Numbered from the stretch's first letter, positions 46,445-57,692 are shown. The stretch: DNA of 64,000 bases from Longimicrobiales bacterium (GCA_958295645.1 OY282361.1:516927-580926), one strand, 5' to 3'. A program made the numbers and translations. Notes: generated by a model from the sequence alone, not told the origin.

Positions 46445-47767
46445 TCAGGCCCAGCGCCGCGGCCGCGTGGTCCCGTGCATGAACAGGTTGGCCGCCGCGC
46501 GTCCGCCGAGAAACGCCAACGAAGCCGCGGCCACGCCGGTCAGGGTGGAATGCCGCGACGCCACGAGGAAGATCGCCGTCGCGGCCGCCAGTTCCAGGGC
46601 GGTCGCGACCGTGATGGTCGCCGTGCGCCGGTCCAGCACCAACCGGGCGCGTTGGCAGGACATCCATACCGCCAGGGCCGGCAGCGGCACGAGGATGACG
46701 GCGGGCAGCCGCGCGTAGGCGGCGAGGCCGGGCGCGAGTCCGAAGATGCGCTCGAACCAAAGGCCGAACAGCGGAGTGCAGGCGGCCAGGGCCAGTCCGG
46801 CGACCGACGCGAGCGCGAGCAGAAGCCCGAACCGGTTCAGGGCGGGCAAGTTTCGTCGGCTGGCGCTGCCCAGGGCGATGACGGCCTCCTGGTAGCTGAG
46901 TCCGACGGCGCGAAACAGGAAGACCAGCGCGTGCACGGCCGGGAACACCGCCAGCGACTCGAGCGGCGCATGGGCCCGCGTCATGAAGAAGGTGGCCAAG
47001 GGTTGCATGGCCAAGTTCATCATCGACGTGAGGGCCAAGGGATAGTAGAACGAGACGATTCCCGCCCAGCTCATTGGCGGCCCGCGGCGCGCAGGCCCGG
47101 CCAGGAGCCGGCGGACGACGCCTGCGGCCATGACACGCGTGGCGGCGGCCTCCACGCACACTCCGACGACCAGCCCGGCGGCGCCCGCCCAGACCCCGGG
47201 GACGCCGGGCACGGCGGAGAACGCCAGCACGGCCGCGGACATGGCGGCCAGCCGTGCGACCGTGCCCGCGGCGACTTGGCGCGTCTTGCCCGCGCCGATG
47301 ACGACCCCGTGCAGGAACCGCCGGTATCCGATCGCCGCGGCCCAAGGCAGGTAGATCCAGAGCGCGCCATGGACGAGCCGCGCGATTTCCTCCGGCAGCT
47401 TCAGGAGCTCCAAGGCCCAGCGGTCGAACACTGGGGGCACGAGGAACAGGCAAATGAGGCCGGTGGCGAAGAGGTTGACGCCCACGCTGAAGCGGCGGAG
47501 CCGCCGGTAGCTGTCGCCGTCTCGCACGAGGGCGGTCGCGGTGCTCATGAGCATCATCACCGGCGCTTCGACGAGAACCGCGATCGCGAAGGCGACCCCG
47601 TGCGCCGCCAAGTTGATCAAGGGATCCGGCATGCGCGCGATGGCCGCAACCAGAATCGGACCCTCGAGCGCCATCATGATCCAGGTGGCCACGAGCGGGT
47701 ACCAGAACCGCGCGATGCCGCTCTGCGACAATGCGGCGCCCGAAGACGGACCGTCGCCTGGGTTCAT
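46445..47767 (-). CDS. MATE-family efflux transporter
   Basis: 12-TM, 440 aa, MATE-like N-terminal region. Confidence 0.7.
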   Translation of the reverse strand: MNPGDGPSSGAALSQSGIARFWYPLVATWIMMALEGPILVAAIARMPDPLINLAAHGVAFAIAVLVEAPVMMLMSTATALVRDGDSYRRLRRFSVGVNLFATGLICLFLVPPVFDRWALELLKLPEEIARLVHGALWIYLPWAAAIGYRRFLHGVVIGAGKTRQVAAGTVARLAAMSAAVLAFSAVPGVPGVWAGAAGLVVGVCVEAAATRVMAAGVVRRLLAGPARRGPPMSWAGIVSFYYPLALTSMMNLAMQPLATFFMTRAHAPLESLAVFPAVHALVFLFRAVGLSYQEAVIALGSASRRNLPALNRFGLLLALASVAGLALAACTPLFGLWFERIFGLAPGLAAYARLPAVILVPLPALAVWMSCQRARLVLDRRTATITVATALELAAATAIFLVASRHSTLTGVAAASLAFLGGRAAANLFMHGTTRPRRWA

Positions 47768-47914
47768 GGGGATTCGCTCTCGCGGCGTGCGTGACCCGGA
47801 GCCGGCCCGTGGCTGGGGTTCGGCGACCTGCTGCTTCGCCGCGAGGCGAGCGGGCCGCTGGCCGTCAAAGGTCGGCCAACAGCCGATTGTTCACAACCTT
47901 CTTTCCGCCTAGAT

Positions 47915-49033
47915 TTGGAACATGACGGACTAGATTTGGAACATGACGGAATGGCGTCCCGCTCTTCTCACGACCCCCAGCCAGTTGACGTGATCGACCT
48001 TCGCAGCGACACGGTCACGAAGCCCAGCAAGGCGATGCGCGAAGCCATGGCGCGCGCGCCAGTGGGCGACGACGTGTACGGGGACGACCCCACCGTCGGG
48101 TGCTTGGAGTCGCGGGTCGCCGAGGTGCTGGGCAAGGAGGAGGCCGTCTACGTGCCGACCGGGACCATGGCCAACCAAGCCGCCATCCGGGCGCACACCC
48201 AGTCCGGCGACCGCGTGCTGCTGGACTGGGGAACCCACTCGGTACGCTCCGAGAGCGGAGGTCCCGCGGCCCTGTCGGGAGTGACCGCGGACCGCATTCT
48301 GGGCAAGAGGGGCGTGTTCACGGCGGCGCAGCTCGTAGCCACGGCGGGCAAGGCGCGCGGGGGCAGGCCCGACTTCTGCACGCCCCCCGCCACGCTCCTC
48401 TGCGTGGAGAACACGCACAATGCGGGCGGCGGCAAGGTCTGGCCGCTCGACGCCCTCGACGAAGTGGCGCGCACGGGCCGTTCGCTGGGGTTGCGGACGC
48501 ATCTCGACGGCGCCCGGCTCTGGAACGCATCCGCCGCGACCGGCGTCTCCGAAGCGCGCTGGGCCCGCGAGTTCGACAGCGTGTCGGTCTGCTTCTCGAA
48601 GGGCCTGGGGGCGCCGCTGGGATCGGCGGTCGCCGGCTCGCGCGACTTCGTGCAGCGCGTGCGGCGCTTCAAGCAGCTCTTCGGCGGCGGCTTTCGCCAA
48701 GCCGGCATCGTCGCGGCGGGAGCGCTCCACGCGCTGGAGCGCCACCGCGACGGCCTGCCGCTCGATCACAAGAAGGCGCAGGCGCTGGCCGGGGAGCTGG
48801 CGAGCCTCCCCGCCGTGAACCTGCGCCCCGAGAGCGTGGAGACGAACATCGTCCGTTTCGAGGTGGCGACCAGCGCGGCGAACTTCGTGGAGGCCTGCCG
48901 CCGGGAGGGCGTGGTCATGCTGGACACGGGGCCGCGGCAGGTCCGCGCCGTCACGCACCGGGACGTCTCCATGGACGAGATCGGACGGGCGGCCGAAGTG
49001 ATGGCGCACAGCCTCGAGGGCTTGCAGAGGTGA
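47915..49033 (+). CDS. ltaE: Low-specificity L-threonine aldolase
   Basis: [12 protein letters not shown]...TGTMANQ...[12 protein letters not shown] (PLP-lysine in SKG). An alternative start at ATG 47951 is possible. Confidence 0.8.
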   Translation: MEHDGLDLEHDGMASRSSHDPQPVDVIDLRSDTVTKPSKAMREAMARAPVGDDVYGDDPTVGCLESRVAEVLGKEEAVYVPTGTMANQAAIRAHTQSGDRVLLDWGTHSVRSESGGPAALSGVTADRILGKRGVFTAAQLVATAGKARGGRPDFCTPPATLLCVENTHNAGGGKVWPLDALDEVARTGRSLGLRTHLDGARLWNASAATGVSEARWAREFDSVSVCFSKGLGAPLGSAVAGSRDFVQRVRRFKQLFGGGFRQAGIVAAGALHALERHRDGLPLDHKKAQALAGELASLPAVNLRPESVETNIVRFEVATSAANFVEACRREGVVMLDTGPRQVRAVTHRDVSMDEIGRAAEVMAHSLEGLQR

Positions 49034-49980
49034 CCCGCCGCTGGAAGTGGCTCGCCCTGTCCGCCTTGGCGGTCCTTGCTCTCGGCGTGGGCTCGGCCGG
49101 TCTGTACCACCTGTCCGAGATGGCGCGCGTGCGCAGAGCGCTGGTCCAGCACGAAGAGGCGAGCAACGTGACCCACGCCGAGCTGCTCATGGAGTTTCCG
49201 CGGGCGATTCGCGAGAGTTCGGGCGTCGCAGCGAGCGTGCTTAACCCGGGACTGTTCTGGACCCACAACGATTCGGGTCACGGGCCGATCCTCTACGCGG
49301 TCAGGCCGTCCGACAGTCTCCTGGCGGAGGTTCGCTTGGACGGCGCCCCCTCCCGGGACTGGGAGGACATCGCGACCGGGCCGTGCCTGCGCGAGGCGAG
49401 GAGAACCTGCCTCTACGTGGGCGACATCGGCGACAACAGAGCCAGAAGGCGGTCCTTGACGTTGCTGCTGGCCGAAGAACCCCGTCTCTCCGGCTCGGGT
49501 GCCCTGCCGGAGGAGATCGAATGGACCGCGATCCCGCTCGCCTACCATGGCGGCCCCCGGAACGCCGAGGCGCTTGCGGTTTCGCAAAGCGGCGACCTCC
49601 TCGTCGTGAGCCGCAGCGGCATCGTGTTCCGCGCCTCGCGCCAGGACCTGGAGGCCGGCCTGGACGGGAGCCTCGTCGTGCTCTACGCGGACGGCGCTCT
49701 GGCGCTCGCCCCGTCGCCTCCCGCTTACGACAAGGGCGTCGTGACCGCGGCGGCCACCGTCGGCGCCGACCTCGTCGTGAGAACGTACGAAGGGATACAC
49801 TTCTACCACCGGACGGGAAATCGGTGGGAGGAGGCGCGGCAACCCTGCTGGGCGGGACACCTGGGCCCGCTCGGCGAAGGCTTGGACGTGGCCCCTCCCG
49901 ATCTCCTCTACCTGACGCGGGAGCAATGGTTCGGCTTCGGCCGGCCGGCCGCGCTGCACCGCGTCACCTGTCCGCCGTGA
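49030..49980 (+). CDS. Hypothetical membrane-anchored protein (possible phytase-like/beta-propeller fold)
   Basis: GTG start overlaps the ltaE stop (GTGA). N-terminal TM helix. FWTHNDSG and VGDIGDN motifs. Confidence 0.4.
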   Translation: MTRRWKWLALSALAVLALGVGSAGLYHLSEMARVRRALVQHEEASNVTHAELLMEFPRAIRESSGVAASVLNPGLFWTHNDSGHGPILYAVRPSDSLLAEVRLDGAPSRDWEDIATGPCLREARRTCLYVGDIGDNRARRRSLTLLLAEEPRLSGSGALPEEIEWTAIPLAYHGGPRNAEALAVSQSGDLLVVSRSGIVFRASRQDLEAGLDGSLVVLYADGALALAPSPPAYDKGVVTAAATVGADLVVRTYEGIHFYHRTGNRWEEARQPCWAGHLGPLGEGLDVAPPDLLYLTREQWFGFGRPAALHRVTCPP

Positions 49981-49987
49981 GCCCCGG

Positions 49988-50443
49988 CTAGGCGGCACCG
50001 GGCTGCGCGAGACGGGCGGCCCGGCGAAGCGCCAGGGTCGCGACGAGCCAGGTGGCTCCAGCCAGCGGCGCGCCCGCGGCCAGCCATCCGAACGTGACCG
50101 GGTACTGGTCGCCGGGATAGAGCACCGAAGGCGCGAAGGCCAGGGCCACCCCCGTGGCGAATCCTCCCGCCACGAGCGCAGCCAGCCCCCATGCCCAGTT
50201 CCGGGAGCGAACCCCGATCAGGGCGGCGACGATCCCCAGCCAGACGGCCAAGATGTTGCCGGTCACCGCCATCGAGAGCCGGTAAGGGTGATGGAGCAGG
50301 GTCCCGTCGAAGGCCTGCCCCGTCCCGGGAAACCACCCGGCCCGCGAGGCGGCGAGCACCGCGACGACGGCCGCTCCGTACGCAAGCGCAGCGGCCTGCT
50401 CCCGCCGAAGCGGACGTTCCTTCGATTGACGAAATGCGTGCAC
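49988..50443 (-). CDS. Hypothetical small integral membrane protein (about 4 TM)
   Basis: Hydrophobicity pattern only. Confidence 0.35.
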   Translation of the reverse strand: MHAFRQSKERPLRREQAAALAYGAAVVAVLAASRAGWFPGTGQAFDGTLLHHPYRLSMAVTGNILAVWLGIVAALIGVRSRNWAWGLAALVAGGFATGVALAFAPSVLYPGDQYPVTFGWLAAGAPLAGATWLVATLALRRAARLAQPGAA

Positions 50444-50512
50444 GAGTCTTCAGTCCTCTGTGGATTGGAATGAGCTTTACGATGCAAAGTTAATGCAATC
50501 GAGCACGGCCAG

Positions 50513-50541
50513 TTGAAAAATAATTTAGGCTTGCCTAAACT
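50513..50541 (+). promoter_or_regulatory. Candidate sigma70-type promoter (TTGAAA-17-TAAACT) overlapped by an IdeR/DtxR-like palindrome TTTAGGCTTGCCTAAA
   Basis: -35 at 50513-50518 and -10 at 50536-50541, within an AT-rich patch. The inverted repeat TTAGGC-tt-GCCTAA (50524-50539) resembles the iron-box half sites TTAGG/CCTAA. The dtxR-feoA start is about 80 bp downstream. Confidence 0.4.
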
Positions 50542-50622
50542 TTACTCCGACGCCGACGGAACTTGCCGCGGCGCCAACGGACTTGCCCCGACGCCGACGG
50601 ATTCCCTGCCGCCAACTCTCTC

Positions 50623-51657
50623 ATGAGCGATCCAGCCTTCAACCTCCTCCTCTTTGCGGCGCTCGCGCTGGGCGGGGCCCTGCTGCTGCTGCCCGGATCG
50701 GGGTTGCTGGCCCGGGCGCGGCGCCTTTGGCGGTTGACGGAGCGCGTCCGCCTGGAGGACGTGCTCAAGCAGCTGCACAAGCTCGAGTACGAGAGACGCC
50801 CGGCTACGGCCGCCGCCGTCGCTGCGGGCGTTCGGATGCGCCGCCAACGGGCGGCCGCCTTGCTGGATGTCCTGGAGTCGCAAGGACTCGCGGCCTCTCG
50901 GGCGGAGCGCTTCCGGTTGACCGAAGGCGGCCGGGCGTACGCGCTGCGCATCGTTCGCACGCACCGTCTGTGGGAGCGCTTCCTGGCGGATCGCACCGGG
51001 GTTCGGCCGGAGGACTGGCACGAGGAGGCCGAGAGGCGAGAGCACCAGCTGACCGCCTCCGACGCCGACGACCTCGCCATGGCTCTGGGCAATCCGGCGT
51101 ACGATCCCCACGGCGACCCCATTCCCACGGCTGCGGGAGACATGCCCGCTCCCTCCGGGGCGCCTCTGGCCACGTTGAGGCCGGGACAGCACGCCCTCGT
51201 CACGCACGTCGAAGACGAGCCGCGCGACGCCTACCACGAACTCGTCGCCGCGGGCCTCGCGCCGATGCTGCCGGTCGAGCGTCTCGAGGGGCCTCCGGGC
51301 AGTGTGCGTATTCGGCTCGCGGGCGTGGAGCGGGATGTGTCGGCCGCGGCCGCGGCCAACGTGACGGTCGAGGCCTGCGCGGAGCCGCCGGGGCCCTCGT
51401 GGTCCTCGACGCTGGCGGAGCTGGCCCCCGGGCAGTCGGCCCCCGTGGCGGGCCTGTCGCCGTTGTGCAGAGGCCCGGCCCGGCGGCGCTTGCTGGATCT
51501 GGGCGTCGTCCCCGGGACGGTCGTCCGCGCGCGCTTGAGGGCCCCCGGAGGCGGCCCCGTGGCCTACGAGGTTCGGGGGGCGCTGGTCGCGTTGCGGCGG
51601 GAGCAGGCCGCGCTGGTCTACGTGGAAGAGGCCGCGCAGGAGGCGGAGGCGCCGTGA
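50623..51657 (+). CDS. DtxR/IdeR-family metal-dependent regulator fused to FeoA domains
   Basis: Metal-binding/dimerisation region HRLWERFL...HEEAERREH...DPHGDPIP. Two SH3-like FeoA segments follow ([17 protein letters not shown]; [15 protein letters not shown]). The stop overlaps feoB. Confidence 0.8.
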   Translation: MSDPAFNLLLFAALALGGALLLLPGSGLLARARRLWRLTERVRLEDVLKQLHKLEYERRPATAAAVAAGVRMRRQRAAALLDVLESQGLAASRAERFRLTEGGRAYALRIVRTHRLWERFLADRTGVRPEDWHEEAERREHQLTASDADDLAMALGNPAYDPHGDPIPTAAGDMPAPSGAPLATLRPGQHALVTHVEDEPRDAYHELVAAGLAPMLPVERLEGPPGSVRIRLAGVERDVSAAAAANVTVEACAEPPGPSWSSTLAELAPGQSAPVAGLSPLCRGPARRRLLDLGVVPGTVVRARLRAPGGGPVAYEVRGALVALRREQAALVYVEEAAQEAEAP

Positions 51658-53909
51658 GGGCCGCAGGTGCGGGCGGCCGGGCCAGGCCGGTCGACGTGCC
51701 AGCGGGCGCCGAGCCGAAGCCGGCCCGCAATCTGGTGCGGCTGGGGCTCGACTCGGGGAAGTGGGACTGCTTGGTGGCTCTGGCCGGCAATCCCAACGTC
51801 GGCAAGACCACGGTGTTCAACGCGCTGACCGGGTTGCGCCAGCATACCGGCAACTGGCCCGGCAAGACGGTGACCCGGGCGGAGGGCGTGTTCGCGCACC
51901 GGGGCCGGCGCGTCAAGGTGGTGGACCTGCCGGGCGCCTATTCGCTGCGGGCCGGCAGCGTGGACGAAGAGGTGGCCCGCGACTTCGTGCTGTTCGGCCG
52001 GCCGGACGTGACCGTCGTGGTCGTCGACGCGGCGCGATTGGAGCGCAACCTGGGACTGGCGCTTCAGGTGCTGGAGATCACGAACCAGGTCGTCGTCTGC
52101 CTCAACTTGGTGGACGAGGCCCAGCGCCACGGCGTCTCGGTCGACGCGAGACGGCTGTCCAAGGAGCTGGGCGTGCCGGTCGTCCCGGCGGTGGCGAGAA
52201 GGGGCGAGGGCATCGAGGAGCTGCTGGACGCGATCGCGGCCGTGGCCTCCGGCTCAAAGCGCACCCGTCCTCGGCGGACAGCGCCCGTGGCATCCGAGGT
52301 GGCTGCGGCGGCTCAGGCGCTCGAACCTCTGATCGAGGAAGAGTTTCCGGGACTGCCGAACGGGCGATGGGTCGCGCTTCGGTTGCTTCACGGGGACGAG
52401 AGCGTCGCGGCGGCGGTGAGAAGCGGCGAGATCGCGAGCCTGTGCGGAGCGCCTCCGCCTCCCTCTCCGTCCACCGGCAACGGGCGCGGTCCTTCGGGCC
52501 CGGAGCGGATTTTGCAGGAGGCGACGCGGCAGCGCTGGTCCGTGGGGCCCGGTCTGGGCGACTCCTTGGCCCAATCTCTCTACCGCGAAGCCGGAGAGAT
52601 TGCGGAGAACTGCGTGGAGCGCTCCAGCCGGGGCGCCGCCGGCTTCGAGCGAGCGCTGGACCGCTGGCTCACGAGCCCGGCCACGGGCTTCCCCCTCATG
52701 CTGGCCGTCTTGGCCGTGGTCTTCTGGGTCACGATCGCCGGCGCCAACGTCCCGTCGGCGATGCTGGCCTCCTTGCTCATCGGCCAAGTGCACCCTCTGC
52801 TGCTCGACTTCGGCGCCTTCTCCGGGATGCCGTGGTGGGCGAGCGGCTTTCTCTTCGACGGCGTGTATCTCGCCACCGCCTGGGTCGTGAGCGTCATGCT
52901 CCCGCCCATGGCCATCTTCTTCCCCTTGTTCACGTTGCTGGAGGACTTCGGCTATCTCCCGCGGGTGGCGTTCAACCTGGACTTCCTCTTTCGCCGGGCC
53001 GGCGCCCACGGCAAGCAGGCGCTCACCATGGCGATGGGCTTCGGATGCAACGCCGCCGGAGTCGTGGCCGCCCGCATCATCGACAGCCCGCGGGAGCGGC
53101 TGATCGCCATCGTCACCAACAACTTCTCGTTGTGCAACGGGCGGTGGCCCACGCAAGTACTGATCGCCACCATCTTCATCGGGGCCCTCGCGCCGCCGGC
53201 CTTCGCGGGCCTGGTGTCGGCCGCCGCCGTCGTCGCCGTGGCGCTGCTGGGCGTGGCGTTCATGCTGGCCGTCTCGTGGCTGCTGTCCAACACGGTGCTC
53301 AAGGGCGAGGCGACCACGTTCTCGCTGGAGCTGCCGCCGTACCGGCCGCCGCGCATCCTCCAGACCCTCTACACGTCGGTGATCGACCGCACGCTCGTCA
53401 TCCTCTGGCGCGCAGTGGTGTTCGCGATGCCGGCGGGCGCCGCCATCTGGCTGATCTCGAACATCTCGGCCGGGGAACTCTCGCTGGCGGAGCACGCCAT
53501 CGGCGGCCTCGATCTCTTCGGCCTGCTGGTCGGCCTCAACGGAGTGATCCTGCTTGCGTACGTGATCGCCATCCCCGCCAACGAAATCGTCATTCCGACG
53601 ATCATGATGCTGACGGTGCTGGCGCTGGGCGATCCGGCGCTCGGGGCAGGGACGGGCGTGATGTTCGAGGCGGACTCCACCGGAGAGATGGCCGCGCTGC
53701 TCGAGGCGGGGGGATGGACCCTGCTGACGGGGGCCAACCTCATGCTGTTCAGCCTCCTGCACAACCCCTGCTCGACCACGCTCTACACCATATACAAAGA
53801 GACGGGCAGCGCGCGCTGGACTGCCGTGTCGGCCCTGCTGCCGCTCGCCGCGGGGTTCGTCACCTGTTTTCTCGTGGCGCAGACGTGGTGCTTGGTCGCC
53901 GGAGGGTGA
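51654..53909 (+). CDS. feoB: Ferrous iron transporter FeoB
   Basis: G-domain [21 protein letters not shown], a gate region, and a polytopic membrane domain. GTG start overlaps the upstream TGA. Confidence 0.9.
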   Translation: MRAAGAGGRARPVDVPAGAEPKPARNLVRLGLDSGKWDCLVALAGNPNVGKTTVFNALTGLRQHTGNWPGKTVTRAEGVFAHRGRRVKVVDLPGAYSLRAGSVDEEVARDFVLFGRPDVTVVVVDAARLERNLGLALQVLEITNQVVVCLNLVDEAQRHGVSVDARRLSKELGVPVVPAVARRGEGIEELLDAIAAVASGSKRTRPRRTAPVASEVAAAAQALEPLIEEEFPGLPNGRWVALRLLHGDESVAAAVRSGEIASLCGAPPPPSPSTGNGRGPSGPERILQEATRQRWSVGPGLGDSLAQSLYREAGEIAENCVERSSRGAAGFERALDRWLTSPATGFPLMLAVLAVVFWVTIAGANVPSAMLASLLIGQVHPLLLDFGAFSGMPWWASGFLFDGVYLATAWVVSVMLPPMAIFFPLFTLLEDFGYLPRVAFNLDFLFRRAGAHGKQALTMAMGFGCNAAGVVAARIIDSPRERLIAIVTNNFSLCNGRWPTQVLIATIFIGALAPPAFAGLVSAAAVVAVALLGVAFMLAVSWLLSNTVLKGEATTFSLELPPYRPPRILQTLYTSVIDRTLVILWRAVVFAMPAGAAIWLISNISAGELSLAEHAIGGLDLFGLLVGLNGVILLAYVIAIPANEIVIPTIMMLTVLALGDPALGAGTGVMFEADSTGEMAALLEAGGWTLLTGANLMLFSLLHNPCSTTLYTIYKETGSARWTAVSALLPLAAGFVTCFLVAQTWCLVAGG

Positions 53910-54060
53910 AGGGCTAGGCGCGCTCCGACATGCACAGGGGCCAGGCGCTCGCTCGCACTTTGGTGCGCTACGTCCACAACGCGCTCCGACGCGCACAGGG
54001 GTCAGGCGTACCGGTCGCCGCGGCTGCTGCCCGGCTCCAGGCGCTTGGCCGCGCGCAGGG

Positions 54061-55449
54061 TCAGGGCAGGGGGCTGTAGGCCGCCTGCAGCATTTCCGCG
54101 ACCGTGCACAGCTTCACGCGGGGCCGTCCCTGCTCTTTCCCCGCGGCCGTCTCGCGGGCATCCAGCCGCGCCCATCCGTCCTTGTCGATCCAGCGGATGC
54201 CGCGCTCCCGCAATGCCTCCGTCACCCCGCTCGGCCGGCCGCCCGCGTTCCGGCGGCCCTTGCGCAAGCTGATTCCCTCCTCCCAGTCCACGGCCAGGGC
54301 GGCGACCGTCTCGGACGCGTCCGCCTTGTTGGTGCCGATCACCCCCGACGGCCCCCGCTTGGCCCAGCCCGCCACGTATTCGCCCGGCGCAGGCCGCCCC
54401 TTCGCCCCTAGCACCCGCCCCCCTTCGTTGGGGATCACGCTCAGGCGCTCGTCGAACGGAACGCCGGGCACCGGCTCGCCGCGATAGCCCACCGAGCGGA
54501 GCGCCATTCCGCAGTCGATCCTCTCCGTCTCGCCGATGCCGCGGGCGCGCAGAACTCCGTCCTTCCCCGCCTCCAGCCCATTGCGCTCGACCCGAACCGC
54601 CGACACGCGCCCCTCCCGCCCCTCGATCGCCACCGGCGAGACCAGAAAGCGAAACCGGACGATCCGGTCGCCCGCCTCCGGCCCGGCTCGCGCATACCCC
54701 CTCAGCACCTCCATGTTCCGGCTGCGCACCCGATCCGACTCCGCGAGCGCCCGGCTTGCGGCGTCCAGCGCCAAGTCGCTTTCGTCCACGACCGCCGAAA
54801 CGCCCTCCAGGCCGCCGAATTCCTTGAGTTCCGGCGTCGCGAACGACGCCTGCGCAGGTCCGCGGCGCCCCAGAACCAGGACCTCTTGCACACGGCTCTC
54901 GCGAAGCGCCCGGAGCGCGTGACAAGCGATGTCGGTCCTCGCGAGCCGCTCGGCGCCGAGCACGAGGATGCGCGCCACGTCGAGCGCCACGTTGCCGTTT
55001 CCCACGACCACGACCCGCCGGCACGCCAGATCGAAGCGCCTGTCCCGGTAATGCGGATGCCCGTTGTACCAGCCCACGAAGGCCGTGGCGGCGTGGCTCC
55101 CCTCGAGCCCCTCTCCCGGGACGCGCATCCGCCGGTCCCTCTGCGACCCCACCGCGTAGACGATCTGGTCGTACAGGCCCCGCAGCACGTCCACCTCCAG
55201 GCCGGCGCCCACGTCGACGTTGCCGAAGTACCGGACCTCCTCCCTGGCGAGCAGCTTGGCGAACACCCGCGAGACGGACTTGATGGGCTCGTGGTCGGGC
55301 GCCACGCCGTCCCGAACCAGTCCATAAGGCGCCGGAAGGCGGTTGAAGAGGTCGATCCGGGCTCCTGGCACGGCCTTGAGCAGAGCGGCGACCGTGAAGA
55401 AGCCCGCGGGGCCGGCTCCGACGACCGCGATTCGGGCGGGGGTGTTCAT
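54061..55449 (-). CDS. Ferredoxin-NADP+ reductase, FprA/adrenodoxin-reductase type
   Basis: Starts at MNTPARIAVVGAGPAGFF (FAD GxGxxG). A second dinucleotide motif RVVVVGNGNVALD follows. Confidence 0.8.
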   Translation of the reverse strand: MNTPARIAVVGAGPAGFFTVAALLKAVPGARIDLFNRLPAPYGLVRDGVAPDHEPIKSVSRVFAKLLAREEVRYFGNVDVGAGLEVDVLRGLYDQIVYAVGSQRDRRMRVPGEGLEGSHAATAFVGWYNGHPHYRDRRFDLACRRVVVVGNGNVALDVARILVLGAERLARTDIACHALRALRESRVQEVLVLGRRGPAQASFATPELKEFGGLEGVSAVVDESDLALDAASRALAESDRVRSRNMEVLRGYARAGPEAGDRIVRFRFLVSPVAIEGREGRVSAVRVERNGLEAGKDGVLRARGIGETERIDCGMALRSVGYRGEPVPGVPFDERLSVIPNEGGRVLGAKGRPAPGEYVAGWAKRGPSGVIGTNKADASETVAALAVDWEEGISLRKGRRNAGGRPSGVTEALRERGIRWIDKDGWARLDARETAAGKEQGRPRVKLCTVAEMLQAAYSPLP

Positions 55450-55613
55450 CCGTTTGGGGCTGGCCGCCTGCCGAAGGAGGAGGACGCGTTGGTTGACCTG
55501 TTCGTAGTTAACGAACGAGCTTTCTCGGGGCAACGACTCTCTCCGCCGCGACGGGGGCGGCGAGCGCGGGCCGGAGGACGGAGCACGAACCGAAGGACAA
55601 CCTTGGAGGCGGC

Positions 55614-56111
55614 ATGAACGAAGAGAGGAAGCGGCGGGGTAGGCTGGGCGCCGGGCTGGCGTCCCTGTTTTTCTGCTTGGCCTGCGGAGGGGGGGACTCC
55701 GCCGAGGAGGGAGAGGCGCCTGGAGCCCCCGAGACGGCAGGCCAGGAAGGCGGGGCCGCCGCCGTCGAGGTGGCCCCGGGCGGGGAGGCGCTCGAAGTCG
55801 ACCCGGCGCTGTTGCCGGAAGGCGTGACCGCGGAGATGGTGCAGGAGGGACGAGACCTGTTCCGCGGCGGGGGCATCTGCTACACCTGCCACATGCAGGA
55901 CGGCCAGGGCGGGCCGTTGGCCCCCGACTTGACCGACTCGGACTGGCTCAACGTGGACGGAGAGTACGAATCCATTGTGGAGCTCGTGAAGACGGGGGTC
56001 GCGCAACCGGTCGAGCATCCCGGGGTCATGTTGCCGAGAGCCGGCATGAGCCTGACGGACGAGCAGGTGGCCGCCGTGGCCGCCTACGCCTACATGCTCA
56101 GCCGGCTCTGA
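55614..56111 (+). CDS. Lipoprotein-anchored mono-haem cytochrome c
   Basis: Lipobox FFCLACGGG and haem-binding CYTCH. Confidence 0.75.
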   Translation: MNEERKRRGRLGAGLASLFFCLACGGGDSAEEGEAPGAPETAGQEGGAAAVEVAPGGEALEVDPALLPEGVTAEMVQEGRDLFRGGGICYTCHMQDGQGGPLAPDLTDSDWLNVDGEYESIVELVKTGVAQPVEHPGVMLPRAGMSLTDEQVAAVAAYAYMLSRL

Positions 56112-57204
56112 CCCTGCGGGCGCCGTCTGCCCGAGAACCGCAACCGAACAGGTCCCCTTGCGGCCCGGCCCGAGCGAAGTCGTCGGTGGACAGGACGGGT
56201 GGGCGGCGGTCCAGGCCGAACTTCCTCGCCGCCGCTCCGAACAGCGAGGCCAAGTTCCGGGCGTAGGTCCCCTGGCCCCGGAACCGCCGGTGAAAGGCCG
56301 AGTCGTTGAGCCTGCCGCCCCTCGATTCCCTAATCCTGGCGAGCACCTTCTCCTTGCGGTGCGGGAAGCGCGAGGCCAGCCAGGTCACGAAGTGCTGGTC
56401 GACGCCTGCGGGAAGGCGCAGCAGAAGGAAGGCGGCCCTCGTGGCTCCGGCCTCGGCGGCGGCCTCCAGGATGGCCGGCATTTCGTGATCGGTCAGGCCG
56501 GGGACGACCGGCGCGACGTTGACGCAGACCGGAACTCCCGCGGCGGACAGGACGCGAATGGCCTCCAGGCGCTTGGCGGGAATGGACGTCCGAGGCTCCA
56601 TGATCCGCTGCAGCGCGTTGTCCAGGGTCGTCACCGACAGCGCGACGCTGGCGCAACTGCGCTCCGCCATCTCCGCCAGGATGTCCGCGTCTCGGGCGAC
56701 CAGGCGATTCTTGGTGACGACGCAGACCGGGTTGCGAAACTCCCGCAAGACGGAGAGACATGCCCGCGTGAGCCCGAGACGGCGTTCGACGGGCTGATAG
56801 GGATCGGTCACCCCCGAGAGGCCAATCAACCGAGGCTTCCAGGAGGGCCGGGAGAGCGCCCTGCGAAGAAGCTCGGGCGCCCTGCGCTTGACCAGGATCT
56901 TGCGCTCGAAGTCCAGACCGGAGGAGAATCCCAGGAACTCGTGGGTCGGTCTGGCGTAGCAGTAGACGCATCCGTGCTCGCATCCCCGGTAGGGGTTGAT
57001 GGAGTGGCTGAAGGGCACGTCGGGGCTCTGGTTGGCGGAGAGGATCGTCCGGGATGCGTCCTCCAGGAACTCGGTCTTCGGCGGCGGGTCCCCGGCGCTC
57101 GAGGAGTCGGGAACCAGATGCACGCGTTCGAAGCGGTTGGGAGGATCGTAGGGGACGGCGCGTCCGCGAATCTGGGCCGGCTCGCGAATCTGATGGAGTA
57201 TCAT
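56098..57204 (-). CDS. Radical SAM protein, PA0069 family
   Basis: CEHGCVYCY is the CxxxCxxC cluster; length and layout match the PA0069-family rSAM proteins. Confidence 0.7.
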   Translation of the reverse strand: MILHQIREPAQIRGRAVPYDPPNRFERVHLVPDSSSAGDPPPKTEFLEDASRTILSANQSPDVPFSHSINPYRGCEHGCVYCYARPTHEFLGFSSGLDFERKILVKRRAPELLRRALSRPSWKPRLIGLSGVTDPYQPVERRLGLTRACLSVLREFRNPVCVVTKNRLVARDADILAEMAERSCASVALSVTTLDNALQRIMEPRTSIPAKRLEAIRVLSAAGVPVCVNVAPVVPGLTDHEMPAILEAAAEAGATRAAFLLLRLPAGVDQHFVTWLASRFPHRKEKVLARIRESRGGRLNDSAFHRRFRGQGTYARNLASLFGAAARKFGLDRRPPVLSTDDFARAGPQGDLFGCGSRADGARRVRAG

Positions 57205-57254
57205 CCCTTGAAGTTCGCGTTTTGTTCGGTTTTTGGCAAGAAGGCGGAGCCCCG

Positions 57255-57692
57255 ATGGAGCTAGAGCAGCTGGAGAAGAGGCTGGCGGGCCTGTCCGACC
57301 GCACGCTGCGCTACCACTACATCATCCAGCTGGGGCGAAGACTGCCGCCGATGCCTCCCGAGCTGAAGAACGGCGACACCATGGTGCGCGGGTGCATGAG
57401 CCCTGCTTGGCTTTCAGGCGGGCTGGACGAGAGCGAGCCGCCCGCGCTCCGCTTCGTGGGCGATTCGGAGTCCGTGATCGTCAAGGGGCTGTTCGCCATC
57501 CTGGCGGGCGTATTCAACGGAAAGACGCCGGAGGAGGCTCTGGCCATAGACCTCTCGGACGTCTTCGACCGTCTGGGGTTGGGCGAGGCACTCAGCCCCA
57601 ACCGGCGAAACGGCTTTTACTCGATGGTGGAGCAGATTCGCCGAGCCGCGGCCTCTCTTGCGAGCGAGACCGCCTTGGGTTCAGGGGCCTGA
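57255..57692 (+). CDS. sufE: SufE-like Fe-S cluster assembly sulfur acceptor
   Basis: ...MVRGCMSPAWL... carries the conserved Cys in a SufE-type loop. Confidence 0.8.
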   Translation: MELEQLEKRLAGLSDRTLRYHYIIQLGRRLPPMPPELKNGDTMVRGCMSPAWLSGGLDESEPPALRFVGDSESVIVKGLFAILAGVFNGKTPEEALAIDLSDVFDRLGLGEALSPNRRNGFYSMVEQIRRAAASLASETALGSGA

